DNA of 64,000 bases from a bacterium (GCA_963675755.2 CAXXMD010000002.1:2336001-2400000); one strand, 5' to 3'; shown: positions 30,859-41,469, counted from the first letter of the stretch. A program made the numbers and translations. The notes: generated from the letters alone by a model not told the origin.

Positions 30859-32118
30859 TCAACCCTGAAAATCTTTACGATTGATGACTTTGTACAGCTT
30901 GTCGTTACGACGGACTTTTTCAGTCATTTTCAATGTGGGAGCATCTCCCTTTTGTGCAGATTCTGCAGGGGCATCATTCACAAAAATGCTTTCCACAGTT
31001 GCTTCAACAATACCGGTTGTGGGACCGGTTATCATCAAAGCATCACCTATGTTAACATCGCCTGTTTCAATTAGAAATTCAGCTACACCCGCTTTGCTGA
31101 AATAGTGTTTAACATAACCCAGATACACCTTTTGCTGAGTAGCCCGGGATCCGTACGAAGCGCTCCACTCGTCCCAGTGTCTTCCCATATAATAACCGCC
31201 ATGCCAGAAACCACGATTAAAAACTTTTTCAAGCTGCTGTTCCCATTCAACAGCTTTTTCATGGTCAAATGTACCATTTTGTACATGGGCAACGGCTTCT
31301 TTATACGCTTTGGTAACCCGATAAACATATTCTTCGCGTCTGCCCCGGCCTTCTATCTTGAAAACTGATGCACCGGTTGCAACAAGCTGATCTACAAACC
31401 GGATTGTGCAAAGGTCCCGTGGAGACATGACATACTTGTTGTCAATTACCAGTTCTTCATCAGTGGTCTCGTCAATCACCCGGTAACTGCGGCGACAGGT
31501 CTGAAAGCAATCCCCGCGATTTGCCGAGTGCCCGGTATTGGCAAGGCTCATATAGCATTTGCCGGATACAGAAACACAAAGCGCGCCATGAACAAACAAT
31601 TCAATCTGGACCAGCTCACCCTTGGGGCCGCGTATATTTTCGTTTTGGATGGTATCCACTATATGTCTTACCTGCTCAACGGTAAGTTCACGGGCAAGCA
31701 CAATGACATCGGCGAATTGAGAATAGAACCGAACTTCTGCAACATTGGAAATGTTCAACTGGGTGGATAAATGTACTTCAATCCCTATTTCTCTTGCATA
31801 TTGAATAACTGCAATATCACTGGCAATAATGGCGGTTACTCCTGTTTCCAGAGCGCTTTTACACAGAGACCGCATATCGTCCAGCTCGTAATCATAGAGG
31901 ATGGTATTCAGGGCAAGATAGCTTTTGATATGATGTTTCTTACAAATTTCAGTTATTTTGGCAAGATCTTCAAGTTGAAAATTTTTTGCTGAACGCGCAC
32001 GCATATTCAACTTGCCTACACCAAAATAAACAGAATCCGCGCCAGCCTTGATCGCTGCCATCAGCGACTCAAAAGAACCGGCTGGCGACATAATTTCTAC
32101 AGATTTATTATCAATCAT
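30859..32118 (-). CDS. Peptidase U32 family Fe-S protein (TrhP-like RNA hydroxylation)
   Basis: GADSVYFG, LARELT, HGALC...GKC...NRGDCFQTCR, KIEGR, C-terminal beta-barrel. Confidence 0.88.
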   Translation of the reverse strand: MIDNKSVEIMSPAGSFESLMAAIKAGADSVYFGVGKLNMRARSAKNFQLEDLAKITEICKKHHIKSYLALNTILYDYELDDMRSLCKSALETGVTAIIASDIAVIQYAREIGIEVHLSTQLNISNVAEVRFYSQFADVIVLARELTVEQVRHIVDTIQNENIRGPKGELVQIELFVHGALCVSVSGKCYMSLANTGHSANRGDCFQTCRRSYRVIDETTDEELVIDNKYVMSPRDLCTIRFVDQLVATGASVFKIEGRGRREEYVYRVTKAYKEAVAHVQNGTFDHEKAVEWEQQLEKVFNRGFWHGGYYMGRHWDEWSASYGSRATQQKVYLGYVKHYFSKAGVAEFLIETGDVNIGDALMITGPTTGIVEATVESIFVNDAPAESAQKGDAPTLKMTEKVRRNDKLYKVINRKDFQG

Positions 32119-32300
32119 TCACTTTTATTGCTTCTATAAAATTGCATCAACAATTCAGATTCCATAGGATTCAGATCAAATTTGGTTATGGCTTCTTCAA
32201 TCAGCTTCCATTTATCTTGTCCACTGTTTTCTTCCAGATTCGCTGAAATCCATTTAACAGCTCTTCGGCTGTTATCTCCTTTTGGCATAGCATCTGACAT
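32115..32300 (-). CDS. Small hypothetical helical protein
   Basis: 61 aa, RRAVKWIS...LIEEAITKFDLNP; ATGA overlap with U32 gene. Confidence 0.6.
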   Translation of the reverse strand: MSDAMPKGDNSRRAVKWISANLEENSGQDKWKLIEEAITKFDLNPMESELLMQFYRSNKSE

Positions 32301-32333
32301 GGTACGCCCTTTCGGTTAATCTAACTGTCCAAG

Positions 32334-33368
32334 TTATAAAGATTCAACCAGCTCTTTATAATTATATTCTTTTTTCAGTTGTTCTCTCAGCTCTTCTTCT
32401 GCGTTATGTCTGGCTCTAAATTCCAATGCCTGCTGCAACCGGTTTTTCACATCTTTAAAATCTCTTTTTTCCTTTTTCCGTTCAATCACCTTTATAAAAT
32501 GGTATCCCTGTTCGGTTTCAAAAACATCACTAAACTCACCGACTGGAGTACTGAAAGCCACATTTTCAAAATCTTCAAGCATAATACCACGTGACACATT
32601 CGTATAAAGTCCGCCTTTATCTTTGGAGCGATTATCCTCAGAATTATTTTTTATGAGCTCGTCCAAATCTTCACCTGCTTTGGCGCGTTGTAACAGATCC
32701 TGCATTTTAGCATAAATCTCTTTTTTCTCTTCATCTGTTTTACCGCCGGTTTTCATCAACATTTGTTGAAATGTAGCCGTCTTTTCTTTATTATATTCAG
32801 CTAAAAGTTGTTCTTCTGTGGGTTCCGGAATTTTGCCATACACATATTGATCAAGAAAATTCTTGATCATCAGACTTTCGTTAACATCTTGAAGAAAAAA
32901 TTCTTTGGTCATGCCCCGATAGTTCAGATCTTTATAGAAAGCCTCTTCTGTACCCATCGATTTATAGTATGCATTCAACACAGAATCAATCGCTGCCTGT
33001 TCTACAGTAATCTTTTTTGATTTGGCTGCATTAACAAAAACCTGCTTTTCAGCTAAAAATCTGGCGGTCTTTATTACAAGATCATGGGCATATTTTACTT
33101 CCAGCATATCTGTGTTGGTTTCATAGCGTTTCAATTTAGGATAAATAAACGGAATCACCTGACCTGAATAAATGCTGAATTTTTTGGTTGAAATAATTTC
33201 AGTATTTACATCGGGATCCAAAAGTATTGTCTTGTCTTTAATTGAAGACAAGTATTCATACTCTTCTGATCCTTTTTCATAGGGCATTGGCGGGGGTGCA
33301 CTCTTTTTCGAACAGGCACTAAAAACTATCATGATTGCGAATAAAAGAAAAAGAATACGTGATTTCAT
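32334..33368 (-). CDS. SurA/PrsA-like parvulin peptidyl-prolyl isomerase lipoprotein
   Basis: Lipobox FSAC; SEDNRSKDKGG, FENVAF, ETEQGYHFIKV; start at ATG 33368 after AGGAG. Confidence 0.85.
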   Translation of the reverse strand: MKSRILFLLFAIMIVFSACSKKSAPPPMPYEKGSEEYEYLSSIKDKTILLDPDVNTEIISTKKFSIYSGQVIPFIYPKLKRYETNTDMLEVKYAHDLVIKTARFLAEKQVFVNAAKSKKITVEQAAIDSVLNAYYKSMGTEEAFYKDLNYRGMTKEFFLQDVNESLMIKNFLDQYVYGKIPEPTEEQLLAEYNKEKTATFQQMLMKTGGKTDEEKKEIYAKMQDLLQRAKAGEDLDELIKNNSEDNRSKDKGGLYTNVSRGIMLEDFENVAFSTPVGEFSDVFETEQGYHFIKVIERKKEKRDFKDVKNRLQQALEFRARHNAEEELREQLKKEYNYKELVESL

Positions 33369-33496
33369 AAAAACAACTCCTGTCAAAATTTACAATTTAT
33401 AAAGGTATAAAAAAATAACAGCAAAGCCTACTTTTTTTTGTATTTTTTAAACACATCAGGCTTTAATCGGTTCCCATAAAAAAATAATACTGTATA

Positions 33497-33525
33497 TTGA
33501 CAAATACACTTGAAATACCTAAATT
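33497..33525 (+). promoter_or_regulatory. sigma70-type promoter
   Basis: TTGACA-17-TAAATT. Confidence 0.55.
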
Positions 33526-33580
33526 TAAGCAAATTGAAAGATTAATAGATCATGACTCGCTCATACATGGGAAAACATGA

Positions 33581-35749
33581 ATGAAAAATATTCAATTGTT
33601 ACGCATCACCAGTAAAACGCTACTCGTACTCTTGATGGTATTCCTGATCAATTATGTGTCAGCAGCCGTTCTGCAAAAAATCCCCTATACCTGGGACAAT
33701 GTTGCGATTGGAGGCGGAGGCTCTGTTCCGGGATTGATTATACATCCTCAAATAAGAAACCTGGTTTATATCCGTACTGATATGGGCAGCATGTATCGCT
33801 GGGAAGCCCAATCAGCCAAATGGATTCCAATATGGTTATGGCCCTCACTGGATGAATGGAACCTCACTTCCGTAGCAAGCTTTGCTATTGCTCCATCTGA
33901 TACAACCGGAAATATTATATATGCGGCAGCCGGCAAATATGCAGACAATAATGCCACACCCAAACTGGGTGAAATTTACAAATCTACAGACCGGGGAGAA
34001 ACCTGGAAAGCAACAGGCTTGAAAGCCCATATTGCTTCCAACTGGGATCAGCGATTTGGTGAGCGACTCAATGTCGACCCTCATAATGCTGACCATGTAT
34101 ATTTTGCGTCAAGAATGGACGGACTTTTTAAAAGTGAAAACGGTGGAAAAACTTGGAACAAAATCCAGGAAGCCCCAAACGGCAACAATTACGAAGCCAG
34201 TGCGCAAAACCAGCGCGGCCTGACCTTTCTGGTATTTGACTCCCGTTCAGGAGAAAAAGGGCTGTGTTGTAAAATGCTGTATCTTGGCGCCTGGCGCAAT
34301 GGCGTTTACCGAAGCACTGATGGTGGCGCTACCTGGTCAAAACTGCCCGGAAGCCCTGAGCGTTCTTTTAGAGCAACTGTAGATTCAAAAGGAAGATTAT
34401 ATGTAACGCACCGTTATGGACTGGCAAAATTTGACGGTGCCAAATGGACTGACATAACTCCAACAGCTTTTAAAGATAAACGGTTCGCTGCTGTTGCGGT
34501 AGATCCATCAAACGCCGACCATTTATTAACAGCTCCCAATGAATGGGCGCACAATATGCCTATTTTTCGCAGTACGGATGGGGGTACAACCTGGACAAAA
34601 ATTAAATTCAAAGTGGTTAATGATGTACCCTGGCGCCCCAAAGATCACTGGGCATCGGCAGTGTTTACCCTCACTTTTGATCCACACGATCCCAAAGGAG
34701 CAGGGTATTCGGATTGGTATCATTCATGGATGACTCCGGATATAACCGCAGATGTAACAGAATGGTATACATTTGAAAGAGGCCACGAAGCGTTAACACC
34801 TGTAGCCATGGCATCTCCTTCAGACGGGAATGTAGTGCTTTATACAGGAATTCCTGACATTGGAGGTTTTGATCATACCTCTGTAACCGAGTTTCCCAAA
34901 CAAACCATTCGCAGTAAAGGCCTTGAACGGACATCAACAACCAGTATCGATTTTGCAGCTAATGATCCCGAGTTTGTTGTACGCGCAAATGCCAAAGATT
35001 GGGGTGATTTTGGCGAAATTGGTTGTGCCTTCACCTATGATGCAGGTGCAACATGGGAAGTCATGCCCACAAAACCTTTTGAAGAGGCTACCGGGGGCAG
35101 GGTTGCGGTTTCTGCAACCGGAGATCGTGTTGTTTGGATGCCTCAGGAATCCTGCATGTTTTACACCAAAGACCTTGGCGAAAACTGGCGCGAAACCTAT
35201 GGTGCACCGGAAAATCTGGTAAACCAGTTTACATCTACACGACTGCCTTTGGCATCAGACCGGGTATTGAACAATGTTTTTTATGTATATGCGAATGGCA
35301 AGTTTTATCGCAGTGACAATGGGGCCGAGTTATGGGAACAGGTTGGAGTCGTAATAGAAGGTGAAGATCAGCACCCCATTCTTCGTGCCGCCCCCTCCAT
35401 GCCGCATGAAGTCTGGATCAGTCTCAACAAAGACGGATTATGGCGTTCTAACGATGGTGGTGAAACCTTTGAAAAAATACCGGGCGTTACCCAATCCATG
35501 TTGTTTGATTTTGGTAAAAATCCTCCCGGTAAAATGCATCCTACAGTATATGTTTTTGGGAAAATTTATGACAGAGAAGGTATTTATCGTTCAGATGATA
35601 TGGGTAAGAATTGGCACAGAATCGATACATTTCCGAATCCCGCATTAGGCGCACAGCCAAACACATTATGTGCAGATCAACAGGTTTATGGACGTGTTTA
35701 TATTGGGACCAATGGTACGGGTATTTTCTATGGAGAGCCGGTAAAATAA
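33581..35749 (+). CDS. GH74-like (xyloglucanase fold) BNR-repeat glycoside hydrolase
   Basis: WDNVAIGGGG, YIRTDMG and PDIGGF catalytic Asp motifs, repeated S-x-D-G-G-x-T-W Asp boxes, VYIGTNG. Confidence 0.85.
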   Translation: MKNIQLLRITSKTLLVLLMVFLINYVSAAVLQKIPYTWDNVAIGGGGSVPGLIIHPQIRNLVYIRTDMGSMYRWEAQSAKWIPIWLWPSLDEWNLTSVASFAIAPSDTTGNIIYAAAGKYADNNATPKLGEIYKSTDRGETWKATGLKAHIASNWDQRFGERLNVDPHNADHVYFASRMDGLFKSENGGKTWNKIQEAPNGNNYEASAQNQRGLTFLVFDSRSGEKGLCCKMLYLGAWRNGVYRSTDGGATWSKLPGSPERSFRATVDSKGRLYVTHRYGLAKFDGAKWTDITPTAFKDKRFAAVAVDPSNADHLLTAPNEWAHNMPIFRSTDGGTTWTKIKFKVVNDVPWRPKDHWASAVFTLTFDPHDPKGAGYSDWYHSWMTPDITADVTEWYTFERGHEALTPVAMASPSDGNVVLYTGIPDIGGFDHTSVTEFPKQTIRSKGLERTSTTSIDFAANDPEFVVRANAKDWGDFGEIGCAFTYDAGATWEVMPTKPFEEATGGRVAVSATGDRVVWMPQESCMFYTKDLGENWRETYGAPENLVNQFTSTRLPLASDRVLNNVFYVYANGKFYRSDNGAELWEQVGVVIEGEDQHPILRAAPSMPHEVWISLNKDGLWRSNDGGETFEKIPGVTQSMLFDFGKNPPGKMHPTVYVFGKIYDREGIYRSDDMGKNWHRIDTFPNPALGAQPNTLCADQQVYGRVYIGTNGTGIFYGEPVK

Positions 35750-35803
35750 CAATTAAAGGATTGCAATAAAGCAGAGTTGTTAAATAAATTAAAAACATAG
35801 AAC

Positions 35804-35835
35804 AAAAAAAAGGCCTGATCTCTCAGGCCTTTTTT
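35804..35835. terminator. Bidirectional intrinsic terminator
   Basis: A-run-GGCCTGA-TCTC-TCAGGCC-T-run between convergent genes. Confidence 0.85.
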
Positions 35836-35839
35836 ATAA

Positions 35840-36757
35840 TTATCCCAGCTTTGCCTGGGCTTTTGCAATCATTTCATTAAACAGTGCAAGCTGTTCCTGC
35901 ATTGCCACTACCCTATCAGCGGGTTCGGTACGGGCTTCTAACAAAAGATAACCTTTATAATCCATGGCAACAAACAGATCCATCAACTGCTGGTATGGAT
36001 AATCACCCACGTTCAGTTCACGGATATGTACAGTATCACCAAAATCTTTTTTCAACAGGTTGAAATTATATTCCAGGCCCTGTCCTTCAAGATCTTGCTC
36101 ATTACAATTCCAGCACATGAAAACATTGGGTTGATCCACATGATCAAAAATTGCTCTCATGTTTACCGGTTTTTGAGTCAAACGACCATGTACTTCAACA
36201 CGGATTTTCTGTCCATAATCAGCAGCATATTTACCGATATTATTCAGAGATTTGCCAATTTGTTCAATTGTTTTCTCAGCAGGTACTTCTTCGGGTAAAA
36301 AGTTGGGTTTAACTTTAACACCGGTTGCGCCTATATCATGACACAATTTGATCAATTCATATGTACCTTCAATATTTTCCTGTAATTTGGCAGGATCAGG
36401 TGAATGATATTCCTGATTAGAACCATAACCTACACATACAACCGGACTGTCTGCAAAACGTTTTTTCACTTCTTCTCTTTCAGCCGCAGATAATGTAGGT
36501 TCAACACCATGTGCATGATGAGTGCGCAATTCAACTGATGAAAAATTTGCTTTTTCACAATTTGCAATCAAAGTGGGTAAATCCCAATCTTTACCCCATT
36601 GATAAGTTACAAGGCCCAACTCCATACCTGCACCCGGTTTAACGATAGTTTTTGTAGAACATGCAGTCAAAGAGCCGGCAGCTACCATACCCAATCCGGC
36701 AATAGAAGTCTTTGCCAGAAAATCTCTACGTGACAATGAATCCTTTTTGTTGATCAT
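35840..36757 (-). CDS. Tat-exported sugar phosphate isomerase/epimerase (xylose isomerase-like TIM barrel)
   Basis: SRRDFL Tat motif, VEVHG, VHI, LLE; start at ATG 36757 after GGAGG. Confidence 0.8.
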   Translation of the reverse strand: MINKKDSLSRRDFLAKTSIAGLGMVAAGSLTACSTKTIVKPGAGMELGLVTYQWGKDWDLPTLIANCEKANFSSVELRTHHAHGVEPTLSAAEREEVKKRFADSPVVCVGYGSNQEYHSPDPAKLQENIEGTYELIKLCHDIGATGVKVKPNFLPEEVPAEKTIEQIGKSLNNIGKYAADYGQKIRVEVHGRLTQKPVNMRAIFDHVDQPNVFMCWNCNEQDLEGQGLEYNFNLLKKDFGDTVHIRELNVGDYPYQQLMDLFVAMDYKGYLLLEARTEPADRVVAMQEQLALFNEMIAKAQAKLG

Positions 36758-36854
36758 CCTTTCCTCCATAAAAATTTTCAGCCTTTATAAATAAAATCTT
36801 GTATTCAAACACTAAATTAATATAATAAAAAAAATAATAAATGCATCATTTTTT

Positions 36855-36866
36855 TGAACCGGTTCA
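36855..36866. promoter_or_regulatory. Candidate LacI-family operator
   Basis: Perfect palindrome TGAACCGGTTCA with central CG, about 100 nt upstream of the epimerase gene. Confidence 0.35.
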
Positions 36867-36879
36867 GAAAAAATACTTG

Positions 36880-38325
36880 TCATTTTTCAAATTTAAAAGA
36901 GTATATATCTGCATCCTTGAAAGCAAATCGTAATCGAATTGGTTTTCCCTGCAGTGTTTTTAATTGCGCATCACCCTTCCAGCTGATTGTTCTGTTTATT
37001 TCATTCCCAATAATGGTCTGACAATCATCCAGTGCGAGCCCTTGAATAGCATTCCCGCTTTCATCCTGAATCTCTATCCGGATCTCTCCTGCCGCCGATG
37101 TTGAATAATTTAACAACAATTTGCTGCCCTCAAATATTAGAGACTTTGTGATAAATTCTGCCCCCGCATATGGGGCCTGAATTGAACTGAAACCATCCAG
37201 ACGCATAGAATACCGATGTATATTTGCTGTGGGTTGAGCATAATTTTGGTTCACATACACAGACATTTCATTATCACCGGTTTGAACGATATTTAAAACA
37301 GGATAATTGGAACGAGACACCCAATTCTCAAAACCAATTCCGGGACGAATAAAAGATTCCATAAATGTGCGGTCATATATACTCCCGCCACGCGAAGTCA
37401 TGAATATTGCATCGGAACAGTCTTTATAATATTTGGGATCCACATTGAATGCCTGTGCCTGTTCTTGTGTCAAAACCTGTTTATCCGGCATAAAGCGCGC
37501 ACCAATGGCAACATAAAGATGCGGTGCTCTGAAATATGGACTTGTTTGCTGGGTATAAAGATGCTCATATGGTGTATCTCCAAAAGTCATGGCAACCGGT
37601 TCGGTCCAATTGATAAAGTCTTTTGATGTGGTACGGCTCACAGACCTAAAACCTTTATAGCCATCACCTGTCCATTCACGAAAATAGAGTATATAACACT
37701 GTTCACTTTTAGACCAAAACACAACATTCTGAGAATCAAACTTGCCGTCACTGAAAACCGCTTCATTTTGCATTTTTTGCCAATGGATTCCATCCTTTGA
37801 TACATAAGGAATCATACCGCTTTTGCTGGTTCCACCCAGGGCTTTATAACGCTGATTTTCATCGCAATTGGGATTGGTATCCCAAAAGGGACTAAAATTA
37901 TGTGTCACCGGTGCGGCATTAAACAAAATCACATTATTCTTTCGGGTGCCATGAATTTCATAAATCCCCAGATCCGGTTTGGTCCAGTTAATACCGTCTT
38001 TAGATTCCGCATAACAGGTGGTCTCAAGATCAGACCCATCTTTTCCGGCTTTTGGCAGGCCCCTGTAATACAACTGATACAAATCATCATGATGGATGAT
38101 TGTGCAATACCCGCAAAACGCACCTTCCCAGGGATAATCAAATTGCAGTACCGGCCCTTCATCACGGGGAGTATGCATTACTAACCGGCAGTTGTCCATC
38201 TTTTCAATGAGATAATGATCTACAAACAATTCACGGTGATCCAGAATATTCAAGGGCTGGGCCGTTAAATTATGGATTAAAGTGAAAAATAGTAGAATGA
38301 TTATACGACGAGCAGACCGAATCAT
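36880..38325 (-). CDS. Secreted beta-propeller glycosidase-like protein (GH32/43-like fold, family unassigned)
   Basis: Signal peptide, RELFVDHYLI, ESKDGINWTKP, SKDGIHW, SKDFINW, RLDGF; start ATG 38325 after GGAGG. Confidence 0.65.
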   Translation of the reverse strand: MIRSARRIIILLFFTLIHNLTAQPLNILDHRELFVDHYLIEKMDNCRLVMHTPRDEGPVLQFDYPWEGAFCGYCTIIHHDDLYQLYYRGLPKAGKDGSDLETTCYAESKDGINWTKPDLGIYEIHGTRKNNVILFNAAPVTHNFSPFWDTNPNCDENQRYKALGGTSKSGMIPYVSKDGIHWQKMQNEAVFSDGKFDSQNVVFWSKSEQCYILYFREWTGDGYKGFRSVSRTTSKDFINWTEPVAMTFGDTPYEHLYTQQTSPYFRAPHLYVAIGARFMPDKQVLTQEQAQAFNVDPKYYKDCSDAIFMTSRGGSIYDRTFMESFIRPGIGFENWVSRSNYPVLNIVQTGDNEMSVYVNQNYAQPTANIHRYSMRLDGFSSIQAPYAGAEFITKSLIFEGSKLLLNYSTSAAGEIRIEIQDESGNAIQGLALDDCQTIIGNEINRTISWKGDAQLKTLQGKPIRLRFAFKDADIYSFKFEK

Positions 38326-38517
38326 TAAACATCCTCCCAACAAAAAAGTATGGTTTTGTAAATAAATAATATCAGTCTAGTATAACTACAAGGTGTGAAC
38401 AAATCAAGCAGAAACTGGGTATTTCAATCAATTTTAATTCAATCCCTTGAAATAAATATCAAAATCAAAATTGTTGTATGTAGACTAAAGTAATAGAATC
38501 CCGTACAGGAGCAATTT

Positions 38518-39627
38518 ATGAAAAAACTAGTGTTCATTTTATCTCTTTTTATTATATATGGTCACTCTCTTGCTCAAGATATTATCAAACCCCTGGCCAT
38601 AGGCTCCTCTGCACCGAGTTTTTCACTGCAGGGTATAGATGATAAAACTTGGTCATTAAAAGATTTTGACCAGTCTGACATACTGGTTGTCATATTTACC
38701 TGCAATCACTGTCCTACTGCACAGGCCTATGAACAGCGGATTATCAATCTGGTAAATGATTACAAATCCCAAAACGTTGCCTTTGTTGCCATCTCTCCCA
38801 ATGATCCCCTTGCCATCAGGCTCGACGAGCTCGGTTATACCGACCTGAATGATGATTTTAAAGCTATGAAAATCCGTGCAAAGGAACGCGGATTCAACTT
38901 TCCCTACTTGTATGATGGAGATGAGCAAAGAGTATCCAAACAGTTTGGCCCCACGGCAACACCGCATGTATTTATTTTCAACAAATCCCGCAAATTGGTT
39001 TATCAAGGGCGGATAGACGATTCAGAAAAATCTGAAAAAATAACCACCCGTGATACGCGCAATGCGCTTGACGCGTTATTAAAAGGCAAATCCGTTCCGG
39101 TAGAAAGCACAAAAACATTTGGGTGTTCTATAAAATGGGCAGACAAGCGTGCATCTGTTACAAAAGCACAACAGGCATGGGAGCAGGAAATAGCAGAAAT
39201 AACCCCAATATCGCTTCAAAATATTACCGATCTAATGAAAAATCCTTCTGAGAATTATATTCTGCTAAACATGTGGGCAACCTGGTGTGGCCCTTGTGTT
39301 GTGGAATTGCCTGAATTGGTAGATATTCACCGCATGTACCGCAACCGTAATTTTAGGTTAATTACGATTAGTGTAGATGACATGAATAACCGGGAAAGGG
39401 CACATAGATTTCTACAGAACAGACAGGCATCTATGACAAATTACATATCAGAATCTGACAACATTTATAAATTGATTGAAATTGTTGATCCCCAGTGGCA
39501 GGGTGCCATACCCTATACCGTACTCATAGCTCCCGGAGGAGAGATTGTATACAGACATAGCGGTATAATAGATGAAACACTGGAAATAAAACGTGAAATA
39601 GTAAACAGGTTGGGAAGAACCTATTAA
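38518..39627 (+). CDS. Secreted tandem thioredoxin/redoxin-domain protein
   Basis: CNHCP and WATWCGPC motifs, YQGRIDD, GCSIKW. Confidence 0.85.
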   Translation: MKKLVFILSLFIIYGHSLAQDIIKPLAIGSSAPSFSLQGIDDKTWSLKDFDQSDILVVIFTCNHCPTAQAYEQRIINLVNDYKSQNVAFVAISPNDPLAIRLDELGYTDLNDDFKAMKIRAKERGFNFPYLYDGDEQRVSKQFGPTATPHVFIFNKSRKLVYQGRIDDSEKSEKITTRDTRNALDALLKGKSVPVESTKTFGCSIKWADKRASVTKAQQAWEQEIAEITPISLQNITDLMKNPSENYILLNMWATWCGPCVVELPELVDIHRMYRNRNFRLITISVDDMNNRERAHRFLQNRQASMTNYISESDNIYKLIEIVDPQWQGAIPYTVLIAPGGEIVYRHSGIIDETLEIKREIVNRLGRTY

Positions 39628-39719
39628 ACCTGCATAACAGACTTGGATTATTTATAAAAATTTTTATATTTCAAACTGAAAGAGTAATCAACAAACAAAA
39701 AAATAAACTTGGAGTAAAC

Positions 39720-39935
39720 ATGTCAAACGGTAATGTATACGGAAAAATGGAACTTACAGGTACTTCCCCTGAAGGTATTGAAAAAGCTGTTCAGGTAGCA
39801 CTAGATAAAGCAGCAGAAAAAGTAAAACATATCCGCTGGTTTGAAGTAGTAGAAACACGCGGCTATGTTGAAGAAAACAATGTGGCTTACTGGCAGGTAA
39901 CAATCAAGGTTGGCTACAATTTGGAAGATTTCTAA
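39720..39935 (+). CDS. Dodecin (flavin-binding)
   Basis: ELTGTS, RWFEVVETRG, WQVTIKVG. Confidence 0.9.
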   Translation: MSNGNVYGKMELTGTSPEGIEKAVQVALDKAAEKVKHIRWFEVVETRGYVEENNVAYWQVTIKVGYNLEDF

Positions 39936-39937
39936 AC

Positions 39938-39969
39938 AAAAAAGCCCCGGGTGCTTGCCCGGGGCTTTT
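39938..39969. terminator. Bidirectional intrinsic terminator
   Basis: AAAAAAGCCCCGGGT-GCTT-GCCCGGGGCTTTT. Confidence 0.85.
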
Positions 39970-39970
39970 A

Positions 39971-41317
39971 TTATTTTCTCTCATTCAAGGGAACATATTT
40001 GTGAAATTCCCCGACATGTTTATATGCGGGACGAATAATACGATTTCCATTCATCAATTCTTCAATACGGTGCGAGCACCAGCCCACTACCCTTGCCATA
40101 GCAAATAGAGGTGTATAAATTTCTTTTGGGAATCCCAAAAGATCATATACAAAGCCAGAATAAAAATCCACATTGGGTGAAATAACCTTTGATGATCCTT
40201 TCAACTCCTGGAATAATGCGGGTGTTAATTGTTCAATGGCATCATAAAGATAAAACTCATCACTTCTGCCTTTGGCCTCAGCAAGCTCTTTGGCTTTTTG
40301 TTTTAGTATAATAGCACGGGGATCGGATTTTGTATATACAGCATGTCCCATACCATAAACCAAACCTTGGCCGTCGTGTGCTTCTTTATTAAGTATCTTT
40401 GTCAGATAGGCTTTCACCTCATCCTGATCATCCCATTTTTTTACATTCTCTTTAATATTGTTCATCATATCCATAACATATGAATTCGCAGCACCGTGCA
40501 GAGGGCCTTTCAAAGAGCCAACAGCCGCAGAGATTGCAGAATATGTATCAGTATGGCTGGAAGTAACCACATGGGTAGTAAAAGTTGAATTGTTACCACC
40601 ACCATGGTCAGCATGAAGCACCAGGGCCAGATCCAGTAAATCCGCTTCAAGCTGGGTATAAGATTTATCTGGACGAAGCATGGATAAAAAGTTCTCCGCA
40701 CAACACAAATCAGTATTTGGCGGATGAACAATCAAAGTCTCTCCATGAAGCTTGTGACGAAGAGCCTGATAAGAATATGCAATAATAACTGCAAATTTTG
40801 CGATTAAATTGATAGACTGATAGATCACGTTAGGGATGGATATATCATCAGGATTTTTATCTAATCCATAAAGTACCAGAATCACACGCTGCAATTTATT
40901 CATCACACTGGGACTCGGGAATTGCAAAATGGTCAATTCGTTCAATCTTGGAGGCAATGGTACAAGGGGATTTATGACTTCCCGAAATGCAGCCAATTCT
41001 TCTTCATTTGGTAAATAACCAAATAATAATAAATAAGCAACTTCGGTAAAACCATGGCGTTTTTCCTGCTGTATTCCATTAGCAATATCTTGAATACTGA
41101 TACCCCTATAATACAATTCACCATCAACAGGAACAACTTCTTCATCTACTACTTTGAATCCAATAACACTTGAAATCTTTGTCAAACCAACAAGAACACC
41201 AGAACCATCGTCATTTCGTAAGCCACGCTTTACAGAAAATTTGGTATACAAATCTCTGTTAATAAGCACGTTATCTTCGATTTTCTTGGAGACATGTTCA
41301 ATAAAATCTGTTTTCAT
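39971..41317 (-). CDS. gltA: Citrate synthase
   Basis: LHADHGGGNNSTF, GPLHGAAN, YGMGHAVY...DPRA, PNVDFYSG, IIRP. Confidence 0.9.
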   Translation of the reverse strand: MKTDFIEHVSKKIEDNVLINRDLYTKFSVKRGLRNDDGSGVLVGLTKISSVIGFKVVDEEVVPVDGELYYRGISIQDIANGIQQEKRHGFTEVAYLLLFGYLPNEEELAAFREVINPLVPLPPRLNELTILQFPSPSVMNKLQRVILVLYGLDKNPDDISIPNVIYQSINLIAKFAVIIAYSYQALRHKLHGETLIVHPPNTDLCCAENFLSMLRPDKSYTQLEADLLDLALVLHADHGGGNNSTFTTHVVTSSHTDTYSAISAAVGSLKGPLHGAANSYVMDMMNNIKENVKKWDDQDEVKAYLTKILNKEAHDGQGLVYGMGHAVYTKSDPRAIILKQKAKELAEAKGRSDEFYLYDAIEQLTPALFQELKGSSKVISPNVDFYSGFVYDLLGFPKEIYTPLFAMARVVGWCSHRIEELMNGNRIIRPAYKHVGEFHKYVPLNERK

Positions 41318-41431
41318 GGTTTCCTCCCAATGATTTATCCCTTTTATATCAATGTATTATAGATTGCCATACAAAGCAATATTAAAATTAAAAAATTGCA
41401 GAAAAAACGAAAAGTGAGTAAAACCACTCTG

Positions 41432-41460
41432 AAAAATGGACCCGTTTTTCACGGGCCCAC
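41432..41460 (-). terminator. Intrinsic terminator after lpdA
   Basis: Minus strand TGGGCCCGT-GAAAA-ACGGGTCCA-TTTTT. Confidence 0.7.
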
Positions 41461-41469
41461 TATATTTTT

